This document shows, in pieces, positions 48,989-59,642 of a DNA stretch of 64,000 nucleotides (positions are counted from its first letter, which is position 1; each line of letters opens with the position of its first letter). The notes below the pieces were generated by a model. That model saw nothing but the letters and a program-made list of their open reading frames with translations. It was not told the origin of the DNA and did no database searches. The translations under genes were made by a program, and so were the position numbers. Source of the DNA: an uncultured Chitinophagaceae bacterium (GTDB taxonomy: Bacteria > Bacteroidota > Ignavibacteria > UBA10030 > UBA8401); assembly GCA_964355925.1 (NCBI GenBank), contig CAYHFN010000016.1:1006-65005 (forward strand). The letters run 5' to 3'.

Positions 48989-50043
48989 AACACCTCTTCC
49001 GAATGTTGTTTATGAAACTGTTGAAGTCTTGTTACAAGTTCTAATTCTCCAATGCTCAGTCCGAGTTTTTGTGCGAGTGCCGCCGGATCTTTTTTCTTAG
49101 AAGACGGAAGTGCAATACCAATCTTCTTTTGTGTTGAACGGGACGACATATTCTCCAAACGCTGTTGAAGGTCTAGCTCCCCTTGCGAACGTAAATATTG
49201 CTCTGCAAACTCCATAGTATGCGGGTTTATTTTTTCATCTTCTTCCGGAACAACAATTCCGGGAGCCGATATCGAAGAGATATTCCGTTCCGATTCTCTT
49301 TCAACAAATGTTCTAAATTCCGGGAGCGATGTAGGAGCCTCGTGTTGAGAAGAACGCTTCACTATTGGCGAAGGTCTGCGACGGAAGAATGCATACACCG
49401 TAAATCCGCCGCCGGTCAATAAAATCGAAACTGAAACCAAGATCAACCACAGCGCTGCTGAAGAATTATTTGGTGACTTTGTTTGTGCTGTAACAACGGG
49501 GAGGATCATTTCTTCAGATTCTCTTTTTGGCTGCTGTTCTACCTGATCCAGAACGATCTGAGAAATATTGACGACGCTTTGTTTTGACTGCAGAACCCGT
49601 GATTGTTTTCCGGTAGTTGTTACGGTTTTTTTATTCGATATCTTTTTTGCAATACTCGATCCCGATAATCGGTCAGGATAGAATTCGATAAAAAGATTTT
49701 TGGTGATTTCGTCTTGATAAATATGATAATCATTTACACCGTTGCGAAGTTCAACAACAATCTTCTTTGTTCCTTCAAGCGATGTTTTATAATTGAACTT
49801 CTTGATGATTCCATCACGAAAATTATAGTTGATATTTTTAACGATGAAATACGATTCGTTACCCATTAATGTAATATCGAACGTATTGTCTGTCTGAGAA
49901 ACATTCCACCGCACATCACCGTTCAACATTAGTTTCATTCGATGGTAATTCTCTTGAATTTGATACTCGATAGGGAATGTGCCGGGAACGACAATAGTTG
50001 ACAGACTGAGCAAAAGAATAATAGTCAGCAATACGTTTTTCAT
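48985..50043 (-). CDS. Hypothetical bitopic protein (periplasmic beta domain, TM, C-terminal HTH-like tail)
   Basis: Signal peptide, one TM, C-terminal ALAQKLGLSIGELEL. Confidence 0.7.
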   Translation of the reverse strand: MKNVLLTIILLLSLSTIVVPGTFPIEYQIQENYHRMKLMLNGDVRWNVSQTDNTFDITLMGNESYFIVKNINYNFRDGIIKKFNYKTSLEGTKKIVVELRNGVNDYHIYQDEITKNLFIEFYPDRLSGSSIAKKISNKKTVTTTGKQSRVLQSKQSVVNISQIVLDQVEQQPKRESEEMILPVVTAQTKSPNNSSAALWLILVSVSILLTGGGFTVYAFFRRRPSPIVKRSSQHEAPTSLPEFRTFVERESERNISSISAPGIVVPEEDEKINPHTMEFAEQYLRSQGELDLQQRLENMSSRSTQKKIGIALPSSKKKDPAALAQKLGLSIGELELVTRLQQFHKQHSEEVL

Positions 50044-50044
50044 T

Positions 50045-51427
50045 TTATTTTAAACTCCGTCTAATAGGAAGAATAATTGTAAATGTGGTTCCTTCTCCAA
50101 CTACGCTGCGAACTTTGATCTCGCCTTTATGATTGCCAACAATCTTTTGACAGATTGCCAATCCCAGTCCGGTTCCTTTGCCTATTTCTTTTGTAGTGAA
50201 GAAAGCCGTGAACATTTTAGACATATTTTCCGGCGAAATACCCACACCTGTATCTGTAAAGTGAATGTTGATATTAAAATCCTTCAATTCGGTTGTGATC
50301 GTAACTTTACCACCCTTTGGCATTGCATCGCGAGCGTTGATCAAAAGATTAAGAAAAACTTGTTGAAGATGGTTCACCCCTCCAATAATCGTCGGTAAAT
50401 TCTCTGCTAAAATCAGTTCGCTGGCTATATTGTTATTCTTAAAATCATGTCCGATAATATCGAGAATGAATTTTATTTCTTTGTTCACTTCCACCAGTTC
50501 ATTACCATATTCCTCATCCATCGAACGTGAAAAATTCATCAACCGTTTTGTGATATCCGAAAGGCGTTTGATCTGCGTATTCAACATTCCCAACCAGTCA
50601 CCTTGACCACGGCCGAGCAATACAATTTCCATTTGCATTGTTAATATCTGAACAGGATTCTTGATTTCATGAACAACGCTTGCCGCCATCTCTCCAACGG
50701 CTGCAAGTTTCGCTGCCTGAAGCATTTGTGCCTGGAATGTTTTTAATTCGTTGTTCGCTTTCAGCAATTGCGTATGTGTTCTCCAGTTTTCAATTCCAAC
50801 CGCTGCTTGATTTGCAAGCACTGTTAAGAGTTGAATATCTTGATGTGTAAAATCTTCCTGTTTCTTCTCAGTGTGGATCAGATATATCCCAACCCCTTGT
50901 CCGCGAAGCATCAATGGAACAAGAACATAATTCCGAACGGAATTATTGCCGACCAGATGTGAAAGATCGGGAATGATAATTGTTTTCATCTCCGAAAAAA
51001 GCCAATCCACAATTCCTGACTCTAATTGCTGCTGTGCTTCTCCTTCAAGTTTTTCAGAACCGTGTGCCGTCAACGGAAGTAGTTTTCGCGCCGCCCCATC
51101 AAAAAGAAATATACTTGCTTCGATAACATGTATCACTTGTTCGGTCAACTCAATCAACGTGTTAACTATTGTATTCGGCTCCAATGCGGTACCTACAGTA
51201 TTTGAAAGCCGCTGCATTGCAACAAGTTCATCAATTGATGATCGAATATCATTGTGATTGACCGATAATTTTTGATTCTCGCCCATCAAAACATCAATAG
51301 TCTTTTCCAATGCTTGGATATATGATTCGCGACTTTCACTGAATTTTTCAAATTGCGGCACTGTCTCTTCCAAGAGTTTCTCTCGTTTCGTTTTAACAGT
51401 ATTCCTATTTTCTGCGTTATCGCTCAT
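50045..51427 (-). CDS. Cytoplasmic GAF histidine kinase
   Basis: GAF (LVPL...FTHQDIQLL..LANQAA), VVHEIKNP, NARDA, GTGLGL; no TM. Confidence 0.92.
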   Translation of the reverse strand: MSDNAENRNTVKTKREKLLEETVPQFEKFSESRESYIQALEKTIDVLMGENQKLSVNHNDIRSSIDELVAMQRLSNTVGTALEPNTIVNTLIELTEQVIHVIEASIFLFDGAARKLLPLTAHGSEKLEGEAQQQLESGIVDWLFSEMKTIIIPDLSHLVGNNSVRNYVLVPLMLRGQGVGIYLIHTEKKQEDFTHQDIQLLTVLANQAAVGIENWRTHTQLLKANNELKTFQAQMLQAAKLAAVGEMAASVVHEIKNPVQILTMQMEIVLLGRGQGDWLGMLNTQIKRLSDITKRLMNFSRSMDEEYGNELVEVNKEIKFILDIIGHDFKNNNIASELILAENLPTIIGGVNHLQQVFLNLLINARDAMPKGGKVTITTELKDFNINIHFTDTGVGISPENMSKMFTAFFTTKEIGKGTGLGLAICQKIVGNHKGEIKVRSVVGEGTTFTIILPIRRSLK

Positions 51428-51429
51428 GG

Positions 51430-52305
51430 TTATATAGTTGCCAGATGTGAAAGAATAGATGCTTCCTTTAGATCATTTTGAATTGCTTCGGAATATTGAT
51501 TCTTGAATTGCAGGAGTAGATTTTCATCATGTAAATTTAACAGATCGAGAGCTGTTTCGTCAAATTCCAGTCCTTTATCGTAATCCAATTTTTCAGCACT
51601 GATCTGATTCGCAAAAACATCGGCGCAATGGATAATGGCTACCAACTGCGGGTTGATGACAGCTTTTGAAGGTTGATGATGACAAGTGATCGCTTCTACC
51701 AAATGGTCAGGAAGATTCCATCGTTCACCAAGCCATCCACCAATTTCTGCATGAGTTGCAGTAAGCACACTTTCTTCGGCATCATTGAATGATAGATCCG
51801 ACTCACGAGCAATACCAATTATACGGTGAAATTCCGGTGAGAAATATTTGTTGAGCACTGATATTCCCATATCATGGATTAGACCGGCAACGAAAACTTC
51901 TCCGGTTACTCTGTAACCGATATCGCGTGCAAGCCGCCGTGCAATAACGCCTGTAGAAATAGAATGATCCCAGAACAATTTAGTATTAAAAAATGTATCT
52001 GTCTTACGCTGCAACGTACTGACTAGTGCAATACTAATAACGATCTCTTTCAATGCATCGAAACCAAGAACAATGATCGCAAAATCAACAGTTGAAATCT
52101 TTTTGGGAAATCCATAGAAAGGAGAGTTCGCGATCTTCAATACTTTTCCGGTCAGTGCAGAATCAGCTGAAATAAGTTTTCCTAATTGTTGCGCACTGGT
52201 TTTAGGATTATCAACCATTTCAACGACTTCAAGTGCCAATGTAGGCAGGGCCGGCAATTGTATGATCGTTTTTACGCGTTCTTGTATTTGTTCAGGAGTC
52301 AACAT
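51430..52305 (-). CDS. HDOD-domain protein
   Basis: LPALP, LKIANSPFYG, FWDHS, AGLIHDMG, WNLP...HH. Confidence 0.93.
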   Translation of the reverse strand: MLTPEQIQERVKTIIQLPALPTLALEVVEMVDNPKTSAQQLGKLISADSALTGKVLKIANSPFYGFPKKISTVDFAIIVLGFDALKEIVISIALVSTLQRKTDTFFNTKLFWDHSISTGVIARRLARDIGYRVTGEVFVAGLIHDMGISVLNKYFSPEFHRIIGIARESDLSFNDAEESVLTATHAEIGGWLGERWNLPDHLVEAITCHHQPSKAVINPQLVAIIHCADVFANQISAEKLDYDKGLEFDETALDLLNLHDENLLLQFKNQYSEAIQNDLKEASILSHLATI

Positions 52306-52326
52306 TATTTCACATTCTTTTTGATA

Positions 52327-53055
52327 TTACAATACAGATTCAACACCGGTCAATTTCGAACGGAGTGCGACAATCGCTTCTGAATGGATCTGAAACACTC
52401 GTGTCTCTGAAAGGCGGAGTATTTTTCCAACTTCGCGAAAGGTCAATCCTTCATAATAATATAACGTCACAATCAACCGTTCACGCTCTGGCAATTGTTC
52501 CAGTGATTTGATCAATTGCAATCGTGTTTGTTCGGCATTCAATATTTCAAACGGATTGTTCTTTTCATCATCGGGTATAGATTCAAGAAAATTCGTATCA
52601 ACATCGGTATATACGGTACTCATAGATGCTCCTTCAGTTTCTTGCAAGAACGATTGATATTCTTCAACATTGAATTTCAATTTCATCATTGATTGGTATT
52701 CAAATTCATCACGGCCAGCATTCATTTCGCGTTGTTTTTTTCGATATGTGCGCGAATGTTCATCGGCAGAACGTAATCCGTCTAAAATTGCACCTTTGAT
52801 CCTATACACCGCAAATGTTTCGAACTTTGCTCCTTTATGGGCATCGTACCGTTCAATCGCATCGATGAGTCCAAATATTCCGTATTGAAACAGATCGTCT
52901 GTTGATAGGATCGATACCTGCGTATTGCGTTTCGAGATTGAAAATGCAACCGACCGAACCAATCCGGAATATTTTTTCACCAGTTCGCGTAATGCGGCGG
53001 CAGAAAGATTTGTTCCATATACTGTGGTTGGCAATGTTTTTATTGTTGAGTTCAT
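52327..53055 (-). CDS. fliA: Flagellar sigma factor sigma28
   Basis: GLIDAIERYD..KGAKFETFAVYRIKGAILDGLR; LYYYEGLTFREVG..L.LSETRVFQIH. Confidence 0.9.
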   Translation of the reverse strand: MNSTIKTLPTTVYGTNLSAAALRELVKKYSGLVRSVAFSISKRNTQVSILSTDDLFQYGIFGLIDAIERYDAHKGAKFETFAVYRIKGAILDGLRSADEHSRTYRKKQREMNAGRDEFEYQSMMKLKFNVEEYQSFLQETEGASMSTVYTDVDTNFLESIPDDEKNNPFEILNAEQTRLQLIKSLEQLPERERLIVTLYYYEGLTFREVGKILRLSETRVFQIHSEAIVALRSKLTGVESVL

Positions 53056-53071
53056 GGCGTCAGTGTTTCAA

Positions 53072-53293
53072 TCAAATTGATGGTTTAGGATTTGTCGTGA
53101 CATCCTCTAAATTTTTTTCTCTTGTAGTGAACGTCGTAGTAACAAATACGATTCCAATCAATGCGCCTATCGTCACCATAAAAATAATGAATGACCGTGC
53201 AAGCACATCAAGGAACGACATTTCCTGAATCGCATATACCACAGCTGAGACACAAAATGCTAATAGCCCTACTTGAAATATTATTTTGTTCAT
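53072..53293 (-). CDS. Small two-TM hypothetical protein
   Basis: Coupled to flhG by an ATGA overlap. Confidence 0.65.
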   Translation of the reverse strand: MNKIIFQVGLLAFCVSAVVYAIQEMSFLDVLARSFIIFMVTIGALIGIVFVTTTFTTREKNLEDVTTNPKPSI

Positions 53294-54165
53294 ACGAGTA
53301 CCATTTCGTTTAGTTTTTGATGATGGCTGGATTGTGTTTGCAATATCCGATGACTGATAGCTCGAAGCGAAAGACCAAATGCTGAATATGGAAATAACTG
53401 AATTAACGGTAGTTGTTCCCGAATTGATCTTGAAACATGTTCATCAGCCGGAATACTTCCAAGAAATTCCACACTCATATGAAGAAAATGTTTGACGGCG
53501 GTTTGAAGTTTTTCCGCTGCTTCATCACTTTCTGTGGGAGAGTTACTGTTATTCATAATCAACTGAAATGATGGTGCAATCGGAGAAGATGTTTGGTTTG
53601 CAATAATCAATTTAATTGTAGCGTATGCATCCATTACCGCAGTCGGTTCATGATGTGAAACAATTATCACATCGTTCGCTGCCGATGCATATTGTAACAC
53701 GGTGTTGTTGATTCCCGAACCAGTATCAAAGATGATATCAGTAACATCAAGCCGGTTATGGATTATTCTTTCTATTAAATATTGTCTGTCATTATTTGAT
53801 ATTTCAGAATTCAATACCAATCCTGAACTTCCGGCAAGCAGCTTCACGTTCTCAGAAATAGTAATAACGGAACCTTCAACGTCTACTTTTCCCAATACGA
53901 TATCCGATGTTCGATTCTTCGGAGAAACGCCGCACAGTACATTTAATTTTCCAAGATTTTCATCGGCATCAACAAGCAATACTTTCTTACCTTGTTCTGT
54001 CATTAAGAGCGCAAGGTTTAACGCGATAACACTTTTACCAACGCCTCCTTTTCCGCTTGTCACAGTCCAAACATGCGGCACCGTTGAAGTGTCGTACGAT
54101 TTATGGTTTAGCGCTAAGGTTCGTAAGTGCGTTGCTTGGTCAATATTTTTTGTCACTTCATGCAT
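53290..54165 (-). CDS. flhG: MinD-like flagellar number regulator
   Basis: TSGKGGVGKS, VDAD, DTGSG, EPTAVMDAYA. Confidence 0.93.
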   Translation of the reverse strand: MHEVTKNIDQATHLRTLALNHKSYDTSTVPHVWTVTSGKGGVGKSVIALNLALLMTEQGKKVLLVDADENLGKLNVLCGVSPKNRTSDIVLGKVDVEGSVITISENVKLLAGSSGLVLNSEISNNDRQYLIERIIHNRLDVTDIIFDTGSGINNTVLQYASAANDVIIVSHHEPTAVMDAYATIKLIIANQTSSPIAPSFQLIMNNSNSPTESDEAAEKLQTAVKHFLHMSVEFLGSIPADEHVSRSIREQLPLIQLFPYSAFGLSLRAISHRILQTQSSHHQKLNEMVLV

Positions 54166-55426
54166 GTGCTATAGATCCTTCGAATAACATAGCGGCAAAC
54201 TTTGTGCCATCTGCAACGCTAATATCATCGGGAACTGCCTGTCCTGTGGTGAAAAAAGATACTGGTAGCTTGGTCTTCTGCGCAATATTGTACAGTGGGC
54301 CAAAAATAGCCGCCTCATCTAGTTTTGAGAATAATAAATGGGTCGGAGACAAAATTTCATACCGTTCAACAATGTCAATTAACGTAGCGGTATTGGTTTG
54401 AGCACTTAAAACAAGGTGAACTTCATCGGCGTGTGACGATTGAACGATTTTTTTCAAGTCTAGCAGATCCTTTTTAGCTCTCTGGCTTCTTCCTACTGTA
54501 TCAATAAATATTACATCATATTTTTGGAATTTTTTAATTGCGGCCGCAAGATCGGTCGCACGATACACTACAGTCATTGGAATATCGGCGATAACAGCGA
54601 ATGTTTTCAATTGTTCAATCGCTCCTATTCTGTAAGTATCACAAGAAATTAGGGCAACGTTTTTTCCATGAACAAGTTTTTCTGTTGCTGCCAGCTTTGC
54701 AATTGTTGTCGTTTTTCCAACTCCGGTTGGTCCAACCAGTACAACAATCTTTGATTTTTTCGATGCGTTCTTTTTGGCAGTCTCTGTTACAATGCTATCG
54801 GCGATCGCTCTCATCACAAGATGTTCAATGTTGATTCGAGTCAATGTTTTTTCCGCATTGAATTTTTTTACGATCTTATTAGTGATCTCAAGGACAATTT
54901 TTTCATCAATGTCCTGTTGAAGCAGCGAAAGGTACACTTCTTTAATCGCTTCGGGCATTTCACCAAAATGTTTTATCTGTAATTGATTGGTAATTGATTG
55001 AAGCATGATCTTTACTTCTTCCACATCGGATTTTAATTGAACGATATCCGATACTTCCCTTGCTTTTGCCGGAAGATTCTTTAGGTTCTTAGATTCAATG
55101 AACCGTTGTTCAAATTCACCGGAAATATTCTTTAAACTCTCCAGAACATTTTCAGTTGACAATTCTTCCGTTTCATTTCTCTGTGGCGCATAATTTTGTT
55201 GCACACTTTTTTTGGAATACGTTTGCAACGGACGGTTTTCTGCAACCGGAAGCGGTTGATCATCAATACCGGCAGTAATTTCAATACTCTCACCGCCAAA
55301 TGATTTCATCATTCCATTTTTTTGAATCTTTCGTGTATGCAGAATAATTGCATTACTGCCAAGTTCATTCTTCATTTGCTCGATAGCTTCTTTGATATTT
55401 GGCGCAACAAATTTTTTAATTTGCAT
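54158..55426 (-). CDS. flhF: SRP-family GTPase
   Basis: GPTGVGKTTTIAKLAA, DTYRIGA, DTVGR, SKLDE. Confidence 0.96.
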   Translation of the reverse strand: MQIKKFVAPNIKEAIEQMKNELGSNAIILHTRKIQKNGMMKSFGGESIEITAGIDDQPLPVAENRPLQTYSKKSVQQNYAPQRNETEELSTENVLESLKNISGEFEQRFIESKNLKNLPAKAREVSDIVQLKSDVEEVKIMLQSITNQLQIKHFGEMPEAIKEVYLSLLQQDIDEKIVLEITNKIVKKFNAEKTLTRINIEHLVMRAIADSIVTETAKKNASKKSKIVVLVGPTGVGKTTTIAKLAATEKLVHGKNVALISCDTYRIGAIEQLKTFAVIADIPMTVVYRATDLAAAIKKFQKYDVIFIDTVGRSQRAKKDLLDLKKIVQSSHADEVHLVLSAQTNTATLIDIVERYEILSPTHLLFSKLDEAAIFGPLYNIAQKTKLPVSFFTTGQAVPDDISVADGTKFAAMLFEGSIAHA

Positions 55427-57515
55427 CTGGAACCTCCAATTTGGCTATGAATTCAATGTCTGTTTCCGGTGGTAACTCCGTAAATGAAAGTACTGTGATC
55501 GTGGGGAATGTTGTATGGATCAACCGATAGAAATACGGTCGAACTGTTGCTGCGCACAATACGATTGGATGATGTCCCAATGCGATCGCTGTATCGAGAC
55601 ATCGCTGCAATGATAATTGTATGTCATTGATCAATGTTGGTGATATTCCCAAGCTTGCGCTGCTTTCGCGATTATTCTGAAGAGCGTTCGTCATTATTTG
55701 TTCCAGTCGCGGATCCATTGCAATAGCATGGATAATTCCACCGGAGGTAGTGTATAACCGTGAGATCGTTTCTGAAAGAGAATGACGAACATATTCCGTA
55801 AGAACATCCACATTTTTTGTCACTCGTGCATAATCAATCAATGCTTCAAGGATCGTTACAAGATCACGAATGGGAATTCCTTCTTTCAAAAGATTCTGCA
55901 GAACCTTTTGTATGGATCCTATCGGAAGATTTTCCGGACTAAGATCTTCGACGACCGCAGGATATTCTTTCTTTAAATTCTCAACTAATTTTTTTGTATC
56001 CTGCCGAGAGAGAATCTTATCCGCATTCGTTCGCAGTATTTCCTGCATATGAGTTGAGAGCACCGATGCCGGCTCAACTACTGTGTATCCAAGCACTTCA
56101 GCTTCAGTGCGATGTTGTTCCGTGATCCAAACCGCAGGCATTCCAAACGCCGGTTCCTTAACCATTATGCCTTCAATATCTTTCTCAATATTCCCGGGAC
56201 TCATTGCTAAATACCGGTCAACCATCAACCGATCGCTAATGACAACATTACCACGGATCTTGAACACGTATTGATTAGGATCAAGTTGAAGATTATCGCG
56301 CACGCGAACCGGCGGGATAATTACTCCGAGTTCAATTGCTAATTGCTTCCGTAAATTTGTTATACGATTGAAGAGGTCGCCTCCTTGCGTTTCATCCACC
56401 AGCGAGATCAAACCATATCCAATTTCTAATTCTAGGGCGTCAACTTGCAGATAATCTTCAATATTCTCTTCCTGTTTTTTTATTTCCTTTGGTTTTTCCT
56501 GAACAATATTATTTTTAGCCTCTTCTTTATTCTTCATATTCACAAAGCCGATCACACCCGTAATTCCAGCAAGAAAAAGGAATGGAATCGTCGGCAATCC
56601 GGGAATCACTGCAAATACCATCATCGCACCCGAAGCGATCAATAACGCTTTGTGATTACCGAATATCTGTCCTTGAACTTCTTGGTCAAGTTTATTACCC
56701 GATGCACTTCGGGTTACAACCATACCGGCTGCTGTTGCAATTATCAAGGCAGGAATTTGTGTAACAAGACCATCTCCAACGGTAAGCAATGTATAATTCT
56801 TCAGTGACTCGGTAAACGACATATTTCGCTGCGCCATACCGATAATAAAACCACCGATAATGTTAACGATATTGATAATGAGTCCTGCTACAGCATCACC
56901 GCGAACAAATTTACTTGCACCGTCCATGGCACCGTAAAATTCTGCTTCGCGGGATATTTGTAGACGTCGGTTGCGCGCTTCGGTCTCGCTGATAAGTCCG
57001 GCGTTCATATCGGCATCGATAGCCATTTGTTTACCGGGAAGTGCATCCAATGTGAATCGCGCTGCAACCTCGGAAATTCTTCCAGAGCCTTTTACAATCA
57101 CGATAAATTGTATCACAACAAGGATGATAAAAATGATGAAACCAACAACATAATTTCCAGCAACAACGAATGAACCAAATGAAGTGATCACTTCTCCGGC
57201 ATACCCTTCACCAAGAATCAAACGAGTGGATGCGACATTCAACGACAACCGAAATATTGTTAACACCAAAAGCAACGCCGGAAACACTGATATCTCCAAT
57301 GGATTTGTGATGTACAATGACACCATCAAAATCAGTATTGCCACTGCAATATTCGTTGCAAGCAACACATCTAAAATGATCGGCGGCAATGGAATGATCA
57401 TCAATCCTATAATAAAAATAACAGCAACTGCCAATACGATATCGCTGTTATTTCCGATTGCTCGGAGTATGGGACTTTTCATTAATGAAACTGACGCTGA
57501 TTGATTTGAGCTCAT
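55416..57515 (-). CDS. flhA: Flagellar export protein
   Basis: RISEVAARFTLDALPGKQMAIDAD, FYGAMDGASKFV. Confidence 0.98.
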   Translation of the reverse strand: MSSNQSASVSLMKSPILRAIGNNSDIVLAVAVIFIIGLMIIPLPPIILDVLLATNIAVAILILMVSLYITNPLEISVFPALLLVLTIFRLSLNVASTRLILGEGYAGEVITSFGSFVVAGNYVVGFIIFIILVVIQFIVIVKGSGRISEVAARFTLDALPGKQMAIDADMNAGLISETEARNRRLQISREAEFYGAMDGASKFVRGDAVAGLIINIVNIIGGFIIGMAQRNMSFTESLKNYTLLTVGDGLVTQIPALIIATAAGMVVTRSASGNKLDQEVQGQIFGNHKALLIASGAMMVFAVIPGLPTIPFLFLAGITGVIGFVNMKNKEEAKNNIVQEKPKEIKKQEENIEDYLQVDALELEIGYGLISLVDETQGGDLFNRITNLRKQLAIELGVIIPPVRVRDNLQLDPNQYVFKIRGNVVISDRLMVDRYLAMSPGNIEKDIEGIMVKEPAFGMPAVWITEQHRTEAEVLGYTVVEPASVLSTHMQEILRTNADKILSRQDTKKLVENLKKEYPAVVEDLSPENLPIGSIQKVLQNLLKEGIPIRDLVTILEALIDYARVTKNVDVLTEYVRHSLSETISRLYTTSGGIIHAIAMDPRLEQIMTNALQNNRESSASLGISPTLINDIQLSLQRCLDTAIALGHHPIVLCAATVRPYFYRLIHTTFPTITVLSFTELPPETDIEFIAKLEVPDAN

Positions 57516-57520
57516 ATTGA

Positions 57521-58594
57521 TTATCGTGCTTGCTTAAGTTTGTAGATATATGCAAGAATTTGTGCAACAGCCTGGAACAGTTTTTCGGGAATTTGATCAC
57601 CGATCTTTACAGATTTAAATAATGCTTGAGCTAAAGGTTTATCTTCAACAATAGGAACTCCATTTGCTTTTGCAATCTCTTTTATTTTCAACGCGATTAA
57701 ATCAGCTCCTTTTGCAACAACATTCGGAGCAGACATTTTTTTTGTGTCATATTTCAATGCTACGGCAAAGTGCGTTGGGTTTGTAACGACCACATCCGCT
57801 TTCGGCACATCAGACATCATTCGTTTGTAAGCGATCTGGCGCTGTATCGTTTTGATTCTTCCTTTTATCTGCGGATTACCTTCGGACATTTTATATTCAT
57901 CTTTGACCTCTTGTTTTGTCATTCGAAGATTCTTCTCGAACTCAAAACGCTGATACATATAGTCAAAACCGGCAATAGCAAAAAAAATAAAACCAACTTT
58001 GATCACAATTTCCGCCATTGCGGAGATTATAAACTGAGCAATACTCATCACGTCGGAATCTACCAAAGAAATTGAATCGACGATCACTTTATCAACGATA
58101 AAGTATGTAATGAGACCAACAACAGAAATTTTTAGCAAACCTTTTCCTATTTCAACCGCTGAATGCATTGAAAACATGATGCGTTTTATACCGGTCATTG
58201 GGTTCAACTTTTCCCATTTTGGTGAAAATGCTTTGGGAGAGAACTTTAAACCAACCTGTGCAAAATTTGAAATGAAGCCTATAAGCATCATTGTTCCCAT
58301 TAAGGGAAGCAGAGCCACCGCCATAAATGCGAACATCATATAGATCAAATCAGTAATGGAAGTGATAGTCACTTCAATTGAAGAAAGATGACCTAGCACT
58401 TGTTTGAACATTGCGCTCATCTGCGACACCATTTTTGCGCCAAACATATACATCGCCAAAAAACCGAACAGCAACATCACTGCAGAGTTCAGATCCATAC
58501 TTTTTGCAACGGAACCTTTGCTGCGTGATTCTTCCCTCTTTTTATCCGAGGCAGGTTCAGTCCGTTCATCACTATCTGGTTTGTTGTCTGCCAT
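57521..58594 (-). CDS. flhB: Flagellar export switch protein
   Basis: NPTH autocleavage motif. Confidence 0.97.
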   Translation of the reverse strand: MADNKPDSDERTEPASDKKREESRSKGSVAKSMDLNSAVMLLFGFLAMYMFGAKMVSQMSAMFKQVLGHLSSIEVTITSITDLIYMMFAFMAVALLPLMGTMMLIGFISNFAQVGLKFSPKAFSPKWEKLNPMTGIKRIMFSMHSAVEIGKGLLKISVVGLITYFIVDKVIVDSISLVDSDVMSIAQFIISAMAEIVIKVGFIFFAIAGFDYMYQRFEFEKNLRMTKQEVKDEYKMSEGNPQIKGRIKTIQRQIAYKRMMSDVPKADVVVTNPTHFAVALKYDTKKMSAPNVVAKGADLIALKIKEIAKANGVPIVEDKPLAQALFKSVKIGDQIPEKLFQAVAQILAYIYKLKQAR

Positions 58595-59361
58595 TATAGT
58601 AGTCTCATTAATTCAATGATAGAATTTTCAAATGCACTTAAGATTTTCTTAAATACAAATGCAATCACCGGAATTGTTGCGATCATGACGATAGCTCCTA
58701 GCCCGATCTTCAATGAAAATATTACACTAAATATGTTCATTTGCGGCATTGCCTTGTTTAGAATGCCAAGCGATATATTTGCAATGAACAATGAAACCAG
58801 AACCGGAGCAGCAATTTTTACGGCAACAACAAACATTTGCCCTGTCAAATAAATTAATTTTTGAATTGCACCTTCTGAAATATTCCACGTTCCAATAGGA
58901 ATTATTTTGTAACTGCTGACCAATGCTTCAATAATAAAATGATGACCATTCATCAGTATGAAAATCATTAACATAAAAAAATAGAGAAGTTCGCTTAAGA
59001 CCGGAAATGAAGCATTGTTTTCAGGATCGTACATTGTTGCCATTGAAAAACCCATATCATAACTAATTATGTCTCCCGCATATCGAACACCGCCAAAGAT
59101 AATCCCAACTGCAAATCCGAGCGAGGCACCGGCAAGCATTTCCTTTACTGCAATAATAAACAATGGAAGAAGTTTTACATCCAGAACTACACCTTGAGCA
59201 ATATTAAACGCAAAAAGAACATATGATAAGAACATAGCCAGAACAACTTTCACCTGCGGTGGAATTGATTGGTGACCAAATACCGGAGCGGTCACCAACA
59301 CTGCAGAGATGCGAAGAAAGAGCATCGTAAAAAGAATAAATTGTTCAACGTAGATCTCCAA
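58594..59361 (-). CDS. fliR: Export gate protein
   Basis: APVFG..IP..VK, GHH, PQMNIF. Confidence 0.94.
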   Translation of the reverse strand: MEIYVEQFILFTMLFLRISAVLVTAPVFGHQSIPPQVKVVLAMFLSYVLFAFNIAQGVVLDVKLLPLFIIAVKEMLAGASLGFAVGIIFGGVRYAGDIISYDMGFSMATMYDPENNASFPVLSELLYFFMLMIFILMNGHHFIIEALVSSYKIIPIGTWNISEGAIQKLIYLTGQMFVVAVKIAAPVLVSLFIANISLGILNKAMPQMNIFSVIFSLKIGLGAIVMIATIPVIAFVFKKILSAFENSIIELMRLL

Positions 59362-59364
59362 CTA

Positions 59365-59631
59365 TTACCTCAATGTCGGAAGTTGCTGAAAAAGATTGAT
59401 TGTAAACGATACAAGCACTTCCATCATCCATGGAAGGGTTAAAACAAGTACAATCGCAATCACTACCACTTTTGGAACAAATGTTAATGTTATTTCCTGG
59501 ATTGATGTAGCTGCTTGTAATATTGAGATGATCAAACCGACTATAAGTGAGACCAATAACACCGGTGAAGAAATCAGCAGCATCGTGTACATTGTCTCAC
59601 GGATCAAATTAACAACAAATTCTTCTGTCAT
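59365..59631 (-). CDS. fliQ: Export gate protein
   Basis: QAATSIQEITLTFVPK. Confidence 0.96.
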   Translation of the reverse strand: MTEEFVVNLIRETMYTMLLISSPVLLVSLIVGLIISILQAATSIQEITLTFVPKVVVIAIVLVLTLPWMMEVLVSFTINLFQQLPTLR

Positions 59632-59642
59632 ATTTTTTCCCT

